Part shown: positions 40,930 through 52,126 of the stretch, piece by piece | Position numbering within the stretch: position 1 is the stretch's first letter | Layout of the letters: every line of letters starts with the position of its first letter | Assembly: GCA_050251055.1 (NCBI GenBank) | Contig: JBFWNL010000004.1 | Span: forward strand, 64,001-128,000 | Length of the DNA: 64,000 nucleotides | Reading direction: 5' to 3' | Source of the DNA: Bacteriovoracia bacterium | GTDB lineage: Bacteria > Bdellovibrionota > UBA1018 > JBFWNL01 | Program-made: the position numbers and the translations under genes | Notes under the pieces: generated by a model | What the model was told of the DNA's origin: nothing | Seen by the model: only the letters and a program-made list of their open reading frames with translations | The model's database searches: none

Positions 40930-41984
40930 AATCACTCACCACCTACGTCTCGTGGTTACTTATCGGTATGTCCGCCCTCGCGTCTTCGTCTGCTCGCGCG
41001 GACTGGCTCCATCACTACGTCATTATGGGAGACGGTTTTTATCGCGGCATTACGAAGCTGAAAAATGGCCAGCTAAAAGATGAAGAGCAGTCTTCACGAA
41101 TCCGCGCCGCCGCACGAAAACAGGCCCGGTCCGACCGCGAAAACTCCTATCTGATCTATTGGCACGTCGGCGGCGAGAGCAGTATCCTAGAGCTCTATCG
41201 CCATGGTAAGCGCGTGTACTACCGCTACTTCGGAGCCTTGATGGATACGAACGTGACCCTCAGCCCCGTGTCACGCACGGACTTCGCGTACATGCATGAG
41301 CTCACCCACAAACACGGCCTGGTTGGAGAAAACACCCAGCGAAGCCTCTACTTCTACGGGAAGCACGTCGCCGACCCCGGTGCGAATACGCAGTACTTTC
41401 GCAGGCTCTACCGCAAGGACTACTCCCGTACGGATTTAAAAATGGGCGTCGATACCCTGGCGGGCGGAAGGCCGTGGGATTTGCTCATCGTGAATTCCTG
41501 CTTTATGAATGAGCTCGCGTTCCTGTCTGAGCTAGCCTCGTCGGCCAAGCTGATCGTCACGGCCGAGGACGCCGTGCTCAACTCCCCGGGCGTGTTGCCG
41601 ATCTCCACCTCGAACGAGGAAGCGCCCATCGAAATCGCTAGGCGCTTTCAGACCGATAACGCCGCGATCGATCCGCGACTCCTGCGTTTTCTCGTGATCG
41701 ATTCCGAAGAGATCACGCGACTAAAAGCCCAGCTCGGCGACGAAGTATTTCGATTCTCCGCGGACGAGCTTGAAGACAGCGAAGGTCTGAACACGGGGGA
41801 GATCCCGGGCCAGATTCCCAACGTGGGCACCGGCGAGGAGCTGGCATCGCTGAAGTCCGCGATTACCCGCCTGCACGAAGACGGTGAGGTGCCGGCAGAA
41901 AACCTACGGCAGATTCGCGAGCTTTTGCAGACGAATCCCGACCTGGGAAAACTGCGTTTACTCTTGAGTGAACCGCGACCTTAA
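40926..41984 (+). CDS. Secreted clostripain (C11)-like cysteine peptidase
   Basis: LYFYGKH and WDLLIVNSCFMNELAFLSELASSAKLIVTAED resemble the C11 His and DACLM...YLVASEE motifs. Start re-called at the ATGA overlap. Confidence 0.6.
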   Translation: MKSLTTYVSWLLIGMSALASSSARADWLHHYVIMGDGFYRGITKLKNGQLKDEEQSSRIRAAARKQARSDRENSYLIYWHVGGESSILELYRHGKRVYYRYFGALMDTNVTLSPVSRTDFAYMHELTHKHGLVGENTQRSLYFYGKHVADPGANTQYFRRLYRKDYSRTDLKMGVDTLAGGRPWDLLIVNSCFMNELAFLSELASSAKLIVTAEDAVLNSPGVLPISTSNEEAPIEIARRFQTDNAAIDPRLLRFLVIDSEEITRLKAQLGDEVFRFSADELEDSEGLNTGEIPGQIPNVGTGEELASLKSAITRLHEDGEVPAENLRQIRELLQTNPDLGKLRLLLSEPRP

Positions 41985-44713
41985 CGCCGCTTGGTCTTCG
42001 CGCGCAGCAGGTGCTTCGCGGCCTTGCGCGGATGCTTGATCGCGGCTTGCGCCGCCGCGAGGCGGGCGATCGGCACGCGAAACGGCGAGCAGCTCACGTA
42101 ATCGATACCCAGACGGTGGCAGAAGTCGACCGAAGCCGGGTCGCCGCCGTGTTCGCCGCAAATGCCGATCTTAAGATCCTTGCGTACTTCGCGGCCTTCG
42201 TCGACGGCGTATTTCATAAGGCGGCCCACGCCACCCTCGTCGAGCGAGGCGAAAGGATCGCGCTCGTAGATCTTGTGATCCAGGTAATCTTTCAAAAACA
42301 TCCCCGAGTCGTCGCGCGAAAGGCCATACGTCGTTTGCGTGAGATCGTTCGTTCCGAAGCTGAAGAACTCGCCGTGCTCGGCGATCTTGCCCGCGGTGAG
42401 GGCCGCGCGCGGGAGCTCGATCATGGTGCCCAGGGTGTAATGCACCGACATCTTCTTCCCGGATTTCTCCGAGAATTCAGCGATCACGCGCTCGGCCTCT
42501 TCGCGGCAATAATCAGCGACGAACCTCAGCTCGCGCCAGTCACCCACGAGCGGGATCATGATCTCGGGCTCGACCTTCTGGCCGCCCGCGCGCAACTCGC
42601 AGGCCGCTTCCATGATCGCGCGCACCTGCGTACGGTAAATTTCCGGGAAGCTGATGCCCAGGCGGCAACCACGGTGGCCCAGCATGGGGTTGAATTCCTT
42701 GAGCGTCTCGGCCTTGCGTTTGAACTGCTCAAACGTCACGCCGATTTTCTGAGCCAGCTCTTTGAGGTCTTCATCGCTGTGCGGAATGAACTCGTGCAGC
42801 GGCGGATCGAGCAGGCGGATCGTCACCGGCAGGCCCTTCATTTCCTCGAAGATGCCCAAGAAATCGCCCTTTTGCATGGGCAGGATCTTGCCGAGCGCGC
42901 GCTCGCGGCCTTCATCGCTGTCCGCCAGGATCATCTCGCGCATGGCATCGATGCGATCGGAGTCAAAGAACATGTGCTCGGTTCGGCACAACCCGATGCC
43001 CTCGGCGCCGAACCCGCGCGCTACTTTCGCGTCGTTCGGGGTGTCGGCGTTGGTACGCACGGAAAGCGCGCGCACACCGTCGACCCAGCTCATGATTTCC
43101 GTAAAATACTCGTTCAGCGTCGCGGTAATGGTCGGGACCTTGCCCTTGATCACGTCGCCGGTGGAGCCTTCTAGCGTGATGAACTCGCCTTCTTTCAATA
43201 GCAACGGACCCACGTAGCACTCACGCGCGGACATATTAATCTTCAGCGCGCTGCAACCCGACACACACGGCTTTCCCATGCCGCGCGCGACGACCGCCGC
43301 GTGCGACGTCATCCCGCCGCGGGCGGTAAGAATCCCTTCGGCAACCGACATGCCGTGGATGTCTTCCGGCGAGGTTTCCACGCGCACGAGGATCACTTTT
43401 TTGCCTTCTTTTACCCAGGTCTCGGCTAGATCAGGATCGAATACGATCTGACCCGTCGCCGCGCCCGGCGAGGCGGGCAGGCCCTTGGCTAGAACTTCCT
43501 TCTTCGCCGAAGGATCCAGGCACGGATGCAGGAGCTGGTCGAGCTGGTCCGCGTTCAGCCGTAAAATCGCTTCTTCTTTCGTGATGAGCTTTTCCTTCGC
43601 CATCTCGACGGCGATGCGAATGGCCGCAGCGGCGGTCCGCTTGCCGTTGCGGGTCTGCAGCATGTAAAGCTGACCGCGCTCGATGGTGAACTCGATGTCT
43701 TGCATGTCGCGATAATGCTTTTCGAGATTCTTATAGACCTTCACCAGCTCTTTGTAGGCCTTGGGCATGTAGGACTCCAAGGTCATCTCGGCCTTGGCGC
43801 CCGGAATACGGGAAGCCTCGTTAATGGGCTGCGGATCACGAATGCCCGCGACCACGTCTTCGCCCTGTGCGTTCACGAGAAATTCGCCAAAGAATTTTTT
43901 CTCGCCGGTCGACGGATCGCGCGTGAAGGCTACGCCCGTGGCGCAGTCATTGCCCATATTGCCAAACACCATGGCCTGCACGTTCACGGCCGTGCCCCAG
44001 TGCTCGGGAATGCCATTCAGGCGACGGTAAGTGATTGCGCGCGAACTCATCCAGGAGCCGAACACGGCACCCGCGGCACCCCAGAGCTGCTCCCACGGAT
44101 CTTCCGGAAACTGCTTGCCGTTCGTGCGGACGATTTCCTTGTAGTGCGCGACGAGGGCTTTGAGGTCTCCCGCCGTGAGCTCGGTATCTTGCACGACTCC
44201 GCGCTGGTCCTTCATTTCTTCCAATACCGCTTCGAAGTGATTGACGTGGATACCGAGCACGACGTCAGAGTACATCGCGATAAAGCGGCGATAAGAATCG
44301 TAACTAAAGCGCTCGTCTTTGGATTCTTCGATTAGGCCCTGCACGGTTTCGTCATTCAAGCCCAGGTTCAAAATCGTGTCCATCATGCCCGGCATCGAAG
44401 CGGGGGCGCCGGACCGCACGGAAACAAGCAGCGGGTGTTTGCGCGCGCCGAACTTGCGGCCCATCTGCTTTTCTACCTTCGCCAAAGCCGTCCGCACCTG
44501 GGCCTCGAGGCCCTTCGGATAAGTGCGTTTATTTCCGTAAAAGTATGTGCAAACTTCGGTCGAAATGGTGAAACCCGGAGGCACCGGCAAACCCAAGCGG
44601 GTCATGCCATGCAGATTGGCGCCCTTGCCCCCCAGCAGATCCTTGCGCGTCTCGACCCCTTCGGCTTTTCCGCCGCCGAAGGCGTAGACGAACTTCCCTT
44701 TATTTCCAGCCAT
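41981..44713 (-). CDS. ppdK: Pyruvate, phosphate dikinase
   Basis: [35 protein letters not shown] and [10 protein letters not shown] motifs. Start re-called to [10 protein letters not shown]. Confidence 0.98.
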   Translation of the reverse strand: MAGNKGKFVYAFGGGKAEGVETRKDLLGGKGANLHGMTRLGLPVPPGFTISTEVCTYFYGNKRTYPKGLEAQVRTALAKVEKQMGRKFGARKHPLLVSVRSGAPASMPGMMDTILNLGLNDETVQGLIEESKDERFSYDSYRRFIAMYSDVVLGIHVNHFEAVLEEMKDQRGVVQDTELTAGDLKALVAHYKEIVRTNGKQFPEDPWEQLWGAAGAVFGSWMSSRAITYRRLNGIPEHWGTAVNVQAMVFGNMGNDCATGVAFTRDPSTGEKKFFGEFLVNAQGEDVVAGIRDPQPINEASRIPGAKAEMTLESYMPKAYKELVKVYKNLEKHYRDMQDIEFTIERGQLYMLQTRNGKRTAAAAIRIAVEMAKEKLITKEEAILRLNADQLDQLLHPCLDPSAKKEVLAKGLPASPGAATGQIVFDPDLAETWVKEGKKVILVRVETSPEDIHGMSVAEGILTARGGMTSHAAVVARGMGKPCVSGCSALKINMSARECYVGPLLLKEGEFITLEGSTGDVIKGKVPTITATLNEYFTEIMSWVDGVRALSVRTNADTPNDAKVARGFGAEGIGLCRTEHMFFDSDRIDAMREMILADSDEGRERALGKILPMQKGDFLGIFEEMKGLPVTIRLLDPPLHEFIPHSDEDLKELAQKIGVTFEQFKRKAETLKEFNPMLGHRGCRLGISFPEIYRTQVRAIMEAACELRAGGQKVEPEIMIPLVGDWRELRFVADYCREEAERVIAEFSEKSGKKMSVHYTLGTMIELPRAALTAGKIAEHGEFFSFGTNDLTQTTYGLSRDDSGMFLKDYLDHKIYERDPFASLDEGGVGRLMKYAVDEGREVRKDLKIGICGEHGGDPASVDFCHRLGIDYVSCSPFRVPIARLAAAQAAIKHPRKAAKHLLRAKTKRR

Positions 44714-46073
44714 CGATTTTGTCGGAGAGGTAGCCGCAGATTTTTTCGGCAGGGACTTTTTCTTGTTCCATGCTGTCGCGGTGGCGGACGGTGACGGTGT
44801 GTTGCGAGATACTGTCATAGTCGATCGTGACTCCGAACGGGGTGCCGATTTCATCTTGCCGCCGGTACCGTTTGCCGATCGACCCCGAATCATCGGTGGT
44901 GGCCCGGAAGCGTTTCTGCACGTCTGCGAAAACCTTGTCCGCGTACTCCGCGAGCTCCGGCTTCTTCATCAGCGGGTAAACCGCGACTTGGTAAGGGGAG
45001 AGGCGGGGATGCATGGCGAGCCACGTACGCTCGCCGTCGGTGCGGTAGGCATCGGCCAGGATCACGAGGAGGCTTCGGTCGCAGCCGGCCGAGGTTTCCA
45101 CCACGTACGGGACGTAGCGTTCCTTGGCGGCCTCGTCGAAGTACTCCTGTTTCTTGCCGGAAAATTCCTGGTGCTGCTTTAGATCGAAGTCGGAGCGGTT
45201 ATGGATGCCCTCGAGCTCCTGCCAGCCGAACGGGAATTCGTACTGAATGTCAAACGCGGCTTTCGCGTAGTGGGCGAGCTCGCCGTCCTTGTGCTGGTGG
45301 AACTTGAGCTTTTCCTTGCGGATGCCGTTATCCAGATGCCACTGGATGCGGATCTGCTTCCACTTCTCGAACCAATCCATGTCCGTGCCGGGCTTCACGA
45401 AGAACTGCATTTCCATCTGCTCGAACTCGCGCGTGCGGAAAATAAAATTACCGGGCGTGATCTCGTTGCGGAAAGCCTTGCCGATCTGGGCGATGCCGAA
45501 CGGCACCTTCTGGCGCATGGACTGCTGCACATTTTGAAAATTAACGTAGATGCCTTGGGCGGTCTCGGGGCGAAGATAAACGATCGCCTGCGAGTCTTCC
45601 AAGGGACCCATGAAGGTCTTGAACATCAGGTTGAACTGGCGCGCCTCCGTGAGCTGCGCCTGATCGCACTTCGGGCACTTCTTGCGCTTCATCAGCTCGG
45701 GATCGATTTGATCGGCGCGGAAGCGGGCCTTGCAGTTTTTGCAATCAACGAGCGGATCGACGAAGCCCGCGACGTGACCGGAGGCTTCCCAGACACGTGG
45801 GTGCATGAGGATCGCGGCATCCAACCCTTCGACGTCGGGGCGATCGCACATCGAACGCCACCAGCGGTCCTTCACGTTGTGCTTGAGCGCGACCCCCAAG
45901 GGACCGTAGTCCCAACACGCGTTCACGCCGCCGTAAATCTCGGACGACGGGAAAACAAAACCCCGGCGTTTACAAAGCGATACGAGGTCCGCCATGTCTT
46001 TCAGGTCAGTCACGGGACCCTTGGGTTTACTAGCTGTTTCTTCTTTGGATTCAGGGGTGTCGTTTGGAGTCAT
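44700..46073 (-). CDS. glyQS: Glycine--tRNA ligase, homodimeric (alpha2) type
   Basis: [33 protein letters not shown] and [15 protein letters not shown] motifs. Start re-called. Confidence 0.95.
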   Translation of the reverse strand: MTPNDTPESKEETASKPKGPVTDLKDMADLVSLCKRRGFVFPSSEIYGGVNACWDYGPLGVALKHNVKDRWWRSMCDRPDVEGLDAAILMHPRVWEASGHVAGFVDPLVDCKNCKARFRADQIDPELMKRKKCPKCDQAQLTEARQFNLMFKTFMGPLEDSQAIVYLRPETAQGIYVNFQNVQQSMRQKVPFGIAQIGKAFRNEITPGNFIFRTREFEQMEMQFFVKPGTDMDWFEKWKQIRIQWHLDNGIRKEKLKFHQHKDGELAHYAKAAFDIQYEFPFGWQELEGIHNRSDFDLKQHQEFSGKKQEYFDEAAKERYVPYVVETSAGCDRSLLVILADAYRTDGERTWLAMHPRLSPYQVAVYPLMKKPELAEYADKVFADVQKRFRATTDDSGSIGKRYRRQDEIGTPFGVTIDYDSISQHTVTVRHRDSMEQEKVPAEKICGYLSDKIDGWK

Positions 46074-46245
46074 CACGCAGCAATGGGGATAACATCCGGC
46101 CGAAAACCCGGCAATGAAATCTCCAATTTGAGTCTTTTTATCGGGTAAGTTTTCCGGCATTTTTTTCCGGTGTGAATGACTTCGCCCCGAACGCGTCGCG
46201 CTTCGCGCGCGTTTCCAGAAAATCGCCCTTTTCGTTTTCGCTTGA

Positions 46246-47868
46246 GTGCTGGAAAATAGGGAAGTGAACCTCTTACGCGCGTGCTGGTTAGCCATCTTCA
46301 TCGGATGTGTATTCGCGTCGGCGGCCACCGACACTTCGACCACCCTACGTTTCCGTCTGACCGGCGACCCCGCCACCCTGGACTGGAACCTCGCGCACTC
46401 GTCGCTCGACAACTACTTCATCATGAACCTGATGGAAGGCCTGGTCGAGCTGGGATCCGACCTGAAACCCCGCCCCGCGCTCGCCGAAAAATGGGAAATC
46501 TCCGAGGACGGGAAAACCTACCGTTTCTTCCTGAAACCCAATATCAAGTGGTCGGACGGGAAACCCTTGCACGCCCAGGAATTCGTGGACTCCTGGCTGC
46601 GGCTGCTCAGCCCGAAAACGAAATCCAACTACGCTTCGTTCCTATTTGGCATCGAAAACGCCCAGCGCTTTCACGAGGGCAAGCTCAAGGACGCCGCCCA
46701 GGTCGGCATCAAGGCGCTCGACGCGAACCGTCTCGAGGTGAAGCTCGCGCGGCCCGTGCCTTACTTCCTGCACATGCCAAGCTTCTGGGTTACCTTTCCG
46801 ATCCGCCTGGACCTCATCAAAAAACACGGGTCAAACTGGACGAAACCCAAAAAACTCGTCACCCTGGGGCCCTACCTGCTCGACGCATGGGAAAAAGGCA
46901 AGGCGCTGCGGCTAAAGAAAAACCCGGGTTACCACGCCCCACTGGCCGCGGGTACCCCGGACGTAACCGAGATCGTTTTCCTACGCGACGACGAGAAGGC
47001 GCGCGAGCAGTTCAGGAAAAATGAAACTAATATCTTTCTGGACGCGACGACCGAGGACCTGCTCAACACCAAGCAAGCGGTAAGGCCCGCGACGATCAAG
47101 CAGTACACGTACCTTTCGACTTATTACCTGGGCTTCAATCTAAAACACCCCATGGGAAAAAATCCGCACCTGCGTAAGGCGTTCTACGCGGCCATCCACC
47201 GCGGGCAGATCCCCGCGGTCCTGCAAGGCGGACAAATCGCCGCCACGGGTTGGATCCCACCCGGGATGCTCGGCCACCGCTCGGCACCTTCCTTCAAAGA
47301 ATCACTCTTCGAGGCGCGCGCCGCGCTCGTGAAAGCGGGCTACCCCGAGGGCCGCGGCCTAGGCAAGGTGCCCGTCTGGATCGAAAACTTCGACGGCGCG
47401 AAGAAGCTTTCCGCGCACCTCATCCAGTTTTTCCACGATCAAATTGGGGTGGAGATCGAGACCTCGTTCGGCACCACCGCCGAATACCAGGCCGCCATCC
47501 GCCAGGGAAAAGTCGCCGTCTTTGTCGGTCACTGGGGCGCCGACTTTCCGGATCCCGCTAACTTCTTCGAAGTGTTCGTGAAGGGAAGCGGCAACAACCA
47601 CACCGGTTGGAGCAATGACAAGTACGACGCGCTCGTCGAGAAGGCCGGCAGCATCGCCAGCGAGGAAGAACGCGCGCGACTGTACCAGGAAGCGGAGGCG
47701 ATCCTCACGGACCAGGAGAACGTCGTCTTGCCGCTTTTTTACCGCAAGAACAGCCTGCTACTGGGGCCGGCCATCGAAAGCATGGAAATTTCGCCGCTGA
47801 ACTACCTATTTCTGAAGACGGTAGCTATGAAACAGTCGGGAGAACAACCAAAAGGGGCCCACCAGTAG
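46246..47868 (+). CDS. oppA: Peptide ABC transporter substrate-binding protein (family 5)
   Basis: [27 protein letters not shown] and WGADFPDP motifs; start uncertain. Confidence 0.88.
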   Translation: MLENREVNLLRACWLAIFIGCVFASAATDTSTTLRFRLTGDPATLDWNLAHSSLDNYFIMNLMEGLVELGSDLKPRPALAEKWEISEDGKTYRFFLKPNIKWSDGKPLHAQEFVDSWLRLLSPKTKSNYASFLFGIENAQRFHEGKLKDAAQVGIKALDANRLEVKLARPVPYFLHMPSFWVTFPIRLDLIKKHGSNWTKPKKLVTLGPYLLDAWEKGKALRLKKNPGYHAPLAAGTPDVTEIVFLRDDEKAREQFRKNETNIFLDATTEDLLNTKQAVRPATIKQYTYLSTYYLGFNLKHPMGKNPHLRKAFYAAIHRGQIPAVLQGGQIAATGWIPPGMLGHRSAPSFKESLFEARAALVKAGYPEGRGLGKVPVWIENFDGAKKLSAHLIQFFHDQIGVEIETSFGTTAEYQAAIRQGKVAVFVGHWGADFPDPANFFEVFVKGSGNNHTGWSNDKYDALVEKAGSIASEEERARLYQEAEAILTDQENVVLPLFYRKNSLLLGPAIESMEISPLNYLFLKTVAMKQSGEQPKGAHQ

Positions 47869-48252
47869 CTGCTTGAGGTTGGTGAAGAACGCGGGCGAGC
47901 GCTTTTCGAAGTAATAGTGCCCGAAGATTTGGAAAAACCACCCTAATCCAAAGAGCACCCAAAGCACCGGTAAGGAAAGCTCGCGGCTGCCCGCATACAA
48001 AACGAAAACCACCAGGGAGAACGGCGCTCCCAGCTTCCAATCCAATACCAGATAATAAACCGTCGCCACGCCCCAGAGCAGGAGCGCGAAATCCAGCGGC
48101 GGCACGAGCGGCAACCGGGCCAGCAAACCCAGCAGCGAAATCATCACGAGCGGAATGCCAATCCAATGACAGCGCTCGTTGCCCTCGGTCCGGTGGCAAA
48201 CTTCGTAACTCGCGAACGTTTTGCGCAAAGCTTGAGATGGTCCCATATTCAT
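47806..48252 (-). CDS. DUF962/Mpo1-like membrane protein
   Basis: H...N..CHWIGIP and QIFGHYYFEKRSPAF motifs. Confidence 0.88.
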   Translation of the reverse strand: MNMGPSQALRKTFASYEVCHRTEGNERCHWIGIPLVMISLLGLLARLPLVPPLDFALLLWGVATVYYLVLDWKLGAPFSLVVFVLYAGSRELSLPVLWVLFGLGWFFQIFGHYYFEKRSPAFFTNLKQLLVGPFWLFSRLFHSYRLQK

Positions 48253-48266
48253 CTTAAACTGAATAT

Positions 48267-48818
48267 ATGTCACAACCCCCCGCGAGTCGATACTTTAGGC
48301 CAGGACAGCACCTTTTCAAGGAGGGCGATCCTTCGAAAGCCATGTTCTTAATTCAAAAGGGAACGGTGGCGATCCGCAAGATGAAGGGAAACGGCTTCGT
48401 CGACCTCGCGAAGATCTACCCTAACGAGGTGATCGGCGAGCTTTCGTTCTTCGATCGGGCGCCGCGCAGCGCCTCCGCCATCGCCCTCACCGAAGTCGAG
48501 GTCATGGAAATCGCCTTCGACTCCCTCGATAAAACATTCAAGACGGTACCGCCTTACTTCCGCTCGATCCTCACCTGCGTGGCGGACCGCATGCGCAAAG
48601 CGAACGAAACCATCCGCCGCCTGCAAAAAAACCTGGTCACGGAAAAGGAAGGCGTGGTGAATCACGCGGGCAGCGCGCCCGACGACGACGACAATCTCAA
48701 CACGGCGGCGATCCTGGCGGCCGTCGGAGACGCGGCCGATGCTCCCGCGAAGCCCGCGGGCTCGCCGGACGCTTCCGACGGAGAGGGTGGCGAACCCACC
48801 GGTTCGGGCGCCGTCTAA
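48267..48818 (+). CDS. Cyclic nucleotide-binding domain protein
   Basis: LFKEGD and GELSFFDRAPRSASA motifs. Confidence 0.9.
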   Translation: MSQPPASRYFRPGQHLFKEGDPSKAMFLIQKGTVAIRKMKGNGFVDLAKIYPNEVIGELSFFDRAPRSASAIALTEVEVMEIAFDSLDKTFKTVPPYFRSILTCVADRMRKANETIRRLQKNLVTEKEGVVNHAGSAPDDDDNLNTAAILAAVGDAADAPAKPAGSPDASDGEGGEPTGSGAV

Positions 48819-48832
48819 TCGACCCAAAAAAA

Positions 48833-49297
48833 CTAAACGCCGAGCTGGCGGATTCCTTCGTAGACGACGATGCTCACGGTGTTGGAGAGATTGAGTGAAC
48901 GCACGCGCGCATCATACATGGGCACGCGCAACGACTCGGCCGTATAGCGGTTCACGATCCAATCGGGTAGCCCCATCGTTTCCTTGCCGAAGATGAAGTA
49001 GGTTCCGGGCTGGATGGCGTGATCGTACAAAAGACGGCCCGCCTTCTTGGAAAAAAAAACCTTAGGCGCGTTCGGCGGTAGCGATTGTAGAAACGCTTCG
49101 GCGCTCGCGTGCTCGACCACCTTCAGGTGCTCCCAATAGTCCAGGCCCGCACGGCGCAGGGATTTTTCATCGATCGAAAATCCCAAGGGATGCACCAAAT
49201 GCAAGGTCGTACCGGTCGCCAAGCAGAGGCGGCCAATGGATCCCGTGTTCGGCGGGATTTCGGGCTCGATCAGTACGACGTGAAAATCATGCGGCAT
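48833..49297 (-). CDS. trmL: tRNA (cytidine(34)-2'-O)-methyltransferase
   Basis: PEIPPNTG, RRAGLDYW, FGKETMGLP and RSLNLSN motifs. Confidence 0.95.
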   Translation of the reverse strand: MPHDFHVVLIEPEIPPNTGSIGRLCLATGTTLHLVHPLGFSIDEKSLRRAGLDYWEHLKVVEHASAEAFLQSLPPNAPKVFFSKKAGRLLYDHAIQPGTYFIFGKETMGLPDWIVNRYTAESLRVPMYDARVRSLNLSNTVSIVVYEGIRQLGV

Positions 49298-49313
49298 GAA
49301 AACTCCTCGGCGA

Positions 49314-50636
49314 CTAAGGGCGTAGGGTGTTCATCATGCGCGGGAACGGAATCGTCTCGCGCACGTGCGGCACCCCCGTGATCCACGCCACGGTACGCTC
49401 CACGCCCAGGCCGAAACCCGCGTGCGGAACCGACCCGTATCGGCGCAAGTCCATATACCAGCCGTACTCCTTGCGATCGAGCTTGTGCTCATCAATGCGC
49501 TTTTGGAGGATATCCAGGCGCTCCTCGCGCTGGCCGCCACCGATCACCTCGCCGTAGCCATCGGGCGCAATCAGATCACACCCCAGCGCGTACTTACCCT
49601 CTCCGTCGGGGCTCTCGAGCGAGTCCGGCGAGTGCGAGCGCTTGAAATAGAAAGCTTTGATCTCGGCCGGCATGTGGTGCAGGAAAACAGGTTTACCGAA
49701 TTCCTCGCCGAGCGCGGTCTCGTGGGGGGCGCCCAGGTCCTCACCCCAGGGAATCGGCACGCCGCGCTTCTCGAGGATCTTCAAAGCCTCGTCGTAGCTG
49801 ATGCGCGGGAAGGGGCCTTTGATCTTTTCCAGCAGCTTCACGTCGCGCTCGAGCGTCGCCAGCTCCGGTCCGCAGCGGGAAACCACGGTCTGCACGACAT
49901 TTTCCACGAAGGCCTCGCCGAGCGCCATGTTGTCGTTCAGATCGGCATAAGCGACCTCCGGCTCCACCATCCAGAATTCAGTGAGATGTTTTCGGGTCTT
50001 GGACTTTTCCGCGCGGAAGGTCGGGCCAAAAACGTAAATCTTGCCGAACGCCATCGCACCCACTTCGCCATAAAGCTGACCCGACTGAGTAAGAAAAGCT
50101 TTTTCGTCAAAATAGTTAGTGCCAAAGAGCGTGGAGGTGCCCTCGCACGAGTTGGCCGTCAAGATGGGCGCATCGAAATGTACGAAGCCCCGATCCTGGA
50201 AAAACTCATGGATGGCGCGAATCACCTGCGAGCGCACGCGCAGCGCGGCCCACTGCTTGGAGCTGCGGATCCACAGATGGCGGTTCTCCATTAAAAATTC
50301 CACGCCGTGATCCTTTGGAGAAATGGGATACGCTTCGGCGACGGAAACGAGCTTCATCTCGCGGGCCGACATCTCGTAACCGCCGGGCGAGCGTGGTTCT
50401 TTCTTGAGGATACCCGTTACTTCGACCGCCGATTCCTGCGTGGCCTTATCGAAGAGATCGAAGGCCGCGTCGGAGGCCTCACCGCGGAAGAGCACGCATT
50501 GCATGATGCCCGTGCCGTCCCGCATGATCAAGAAGGCCAATTTTTTCCCCGAGGCTCGTTTCTGGTAAACCCAGCCTTTGACCGTGACGGTCTGTCCGTC
50601 AAACTTCGCCGCGTCCTGAATAAAAAAACGATCCAT
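49314..50636 (-). CDS. asnS: Asparagine--tRNA ligase
   Basis: LTQSGQLY, GPTFRAEKSKTRKHLTEFWMVEPE and YGSVPHAGFGLG motifs. Confidence 0.96.
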   Translation of the reverse strand: MDRFFIQDAAKFDGQTVTVKGWVYQKRASGKKLAFLIMRDGTGIMQCVLFRGEASDAAFDLFDKATQESAVEVTGILKKEPRSPGGYEMSAREMKLVSVAEAYPISPKDHGVEFLMENRHLWIRSSKQWAALRVRSQVIRAIHEFFQDRGFVHFDAPILTANSCEGTSTLFGTNYFDEKAFLTQSGQLYGEVGAMAFGKIYVFGPTFRAEKSKTRKHLTEFWMVEPEVAYADLNDNMALGEAFVENVVQTVVSRCGPELATLERDVKLLEKIKGPFPRISYDEALKILEKRGVPIPWGEDLGAPHETALGEEFGKPVFLHHMPAEIKAFYFKRSHSPDSLESPDGEGKYALGCDLIAPDGYGEVIGGGQREERLDILQKRIDEHKLDRKEYGWYMDLRRYGSVPHAGFGLGVERTVAWITGVPHVRETIPFPRMMNTLRP

Positions 50637-50654
50637 ACGACTCCCTACTTCTCC

Positions 50655-51497
50655 CTACGCGGCGCCGGCAATTGCACGACGGCGCACGTAGAGGCAAAAA
50701 ACAAAAAACAACGCGATTTGCACGGCCACCGCGGCCGCTCCCGCCGACGGCGGACCACCGCCGCGGTCGTCCCCGGTCATCGCCTCAGTCACCGCCAACG
50801 ATCCGCAACCCATAAAGCCGGAGCCGAACTCCGAACGGGGATATAAATAAGCCACGGCGTCGATGTCGTCCTGGGCCAGTGCGAGCTGGTTCTTCTGACT
50901 CGCGCTGAAATACATCAAGGCCTTCTCCTCGGCACTATGGCCAAAACCCAGCGCGTGGCCAATCTCGTGCGCGATAACGACCGCGACGATGGCGGGGTTG
51001 GAGGCATACAACGTCTGCAAGTTGGCCGCCTTGCCAGACTCGAAGTTCAGAAATACGGCCCCGTAATTGACGTGCAGCTGCCCGTCAGCGTCGATTTTTG
51101 TGATGCCAGGAATATTGGCGCTATCGTTGCCGGTGGAGCCCGCAAGCGTGTCGATGATCGCGGACATATTCGACGTGCACAAAAGCAGGGGCCCATCGGT
51201 GACGGTGCTCGAGGCAGTGCTCGCCGCCGCCGCGGCCGGAGTGGTCGTGGACGAGGTTCCACGCACGAGTTTCAATCCCGAATTCGGCACGCTATTCCAA
51301 AGCGCGATGGCCACATCGATCTGCGCGTTGAGCTCGGACTGGAAATTCGTGCATCCGGAGTAATTGATATTGAATGTGATCTCGGAATTCGACCAACCTT
51401 GCAGGGCGCTGCTGCCGTTCAAGGTGAACGCATTCGCCGAACCACCGCTCGCCAGGTAAAGCGTCCCCAACACCGAAATCAATCGGCTAAATCGCAT
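50655..51497 (-). CDS. Matrixin (M10) family metalloprotease with C-terminal anchor
   Basis: HEIGHALGFGH, Met-turn ALMY, signal peptide, C-terminal GCG-linker-TM-RRR. SD GGAGG. Confidence 0.9.
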   Translation of the reverse strand: MRFSRLISVLGTLYLASGGSANAFTLNGSSALQGWSNSEITFNINYSGCTNFQSELNAQIDVAIALWNSVPNSGLKLVRGTSSTTTPAAAAASTASSTVTDGPLLLCTSNMSAIIDTLAGSTGNDSANIPGITKIDADGQLHVNYGAVFLNFESGKAANLQTLYASNPAIVAVVIAHEIGHALGFGHSAEEKALMYFSASQKNQLALAQDDIDAVAYLYPRSEFGSGFMGCGSLAVTEAMTGDDRGGGPPSAGAAAVAVQIALFFVFCLYVRRRAIAGAA

Positions 51498-52071
51498 ACC
51501 CCACCTCCAACAGCATCCCCACCGCGCGACGAGAAGAAAGCAAGCCAAAGTAAAGCAAGTTCATGTCCATGCGAAGCGTATCGGAAAACCAAGCCACGAA
51601 TCCCGTGGACAACACTACGTTGGTCGTCACCGTCGTGCCCGCAGGGAGATAAAAGGTCGTGGTGGTATTTCCGTTATTGAGCACGCTCGTGCCGCCCGCG
51701 CCCGTGAAGATACTGAAGATCACGCCCGGCCCCATACTGAAGGCGAAACTCCCTGGCGTCACGAAGGGAAAGAGAAACCCGAACGTCCGCCACCGGCCGG
51801 CGCTGTCGCCGGCGCCGCGACCGATCAGCCCTAAGGTAACCGTAGGCTCGAAAGCCCATCCGTTCGAGTAGGGGCTTCGCCAAGTCGCGCCAATCAGGAA
51901 GGGCTCCGTCGGGCCAAAAAAACTCTTTTCCCCGGTAGGTTGGCTGGCCGTGCGCCCGAAGTTGTAAGCCGCGAATCCTAGCTGGATCACCCACGGCGAG
52001 CGCTCCTCCGCCGCTCGGGCGGGAACGCTCGTGCCACCGAGGGCCCCGAGGACGAGGACGAGCGCGGCCAT
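51487..52071 (-). CDS. Hypothetical outer-membrane beta-barrel protein
   Basis: Signal peptide ending ARA, beta-strand pattern, C-terminal VGYAI; start uncertain. Confidence 0.7.
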   Translation of the reverse strand: MAALVLVLGALGGTSVPARAAEERSPWVIQLGFAAYNFGRTASQPTGEKSFFGPTEPFLIGATWRSPYSNGWAFEPTVTLGLIGRGAGDSAGRWRTFGFLFPFVTPGSFAFSMGPGVIFSIFTGAGGTSVLNNGNTTTTFYLPAGTTVTTNVVLSTGFVAWFSDTLRMDMNLLYFGLLSSRRAVGMLLEVGYAI

Positions 52072-52126
52072 GCCACGGCCCGCTCCTTTCCACCCACTTC
52101 GGTGCCCTAACTTCAAACCGCCTCCG

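Noticed and set aside
44714-44893. Long Lys/Ser-rich N-terminal extension of PpdK
   Set aside because: It lies inside the glyQS coding region; the conserved PpdK start is at 44713.
46074-46412. N-terminal extension of glyQS in the ORF track
   Set aside because: It overlaps the divergent oppA gene and shows no GlyRS similarity.
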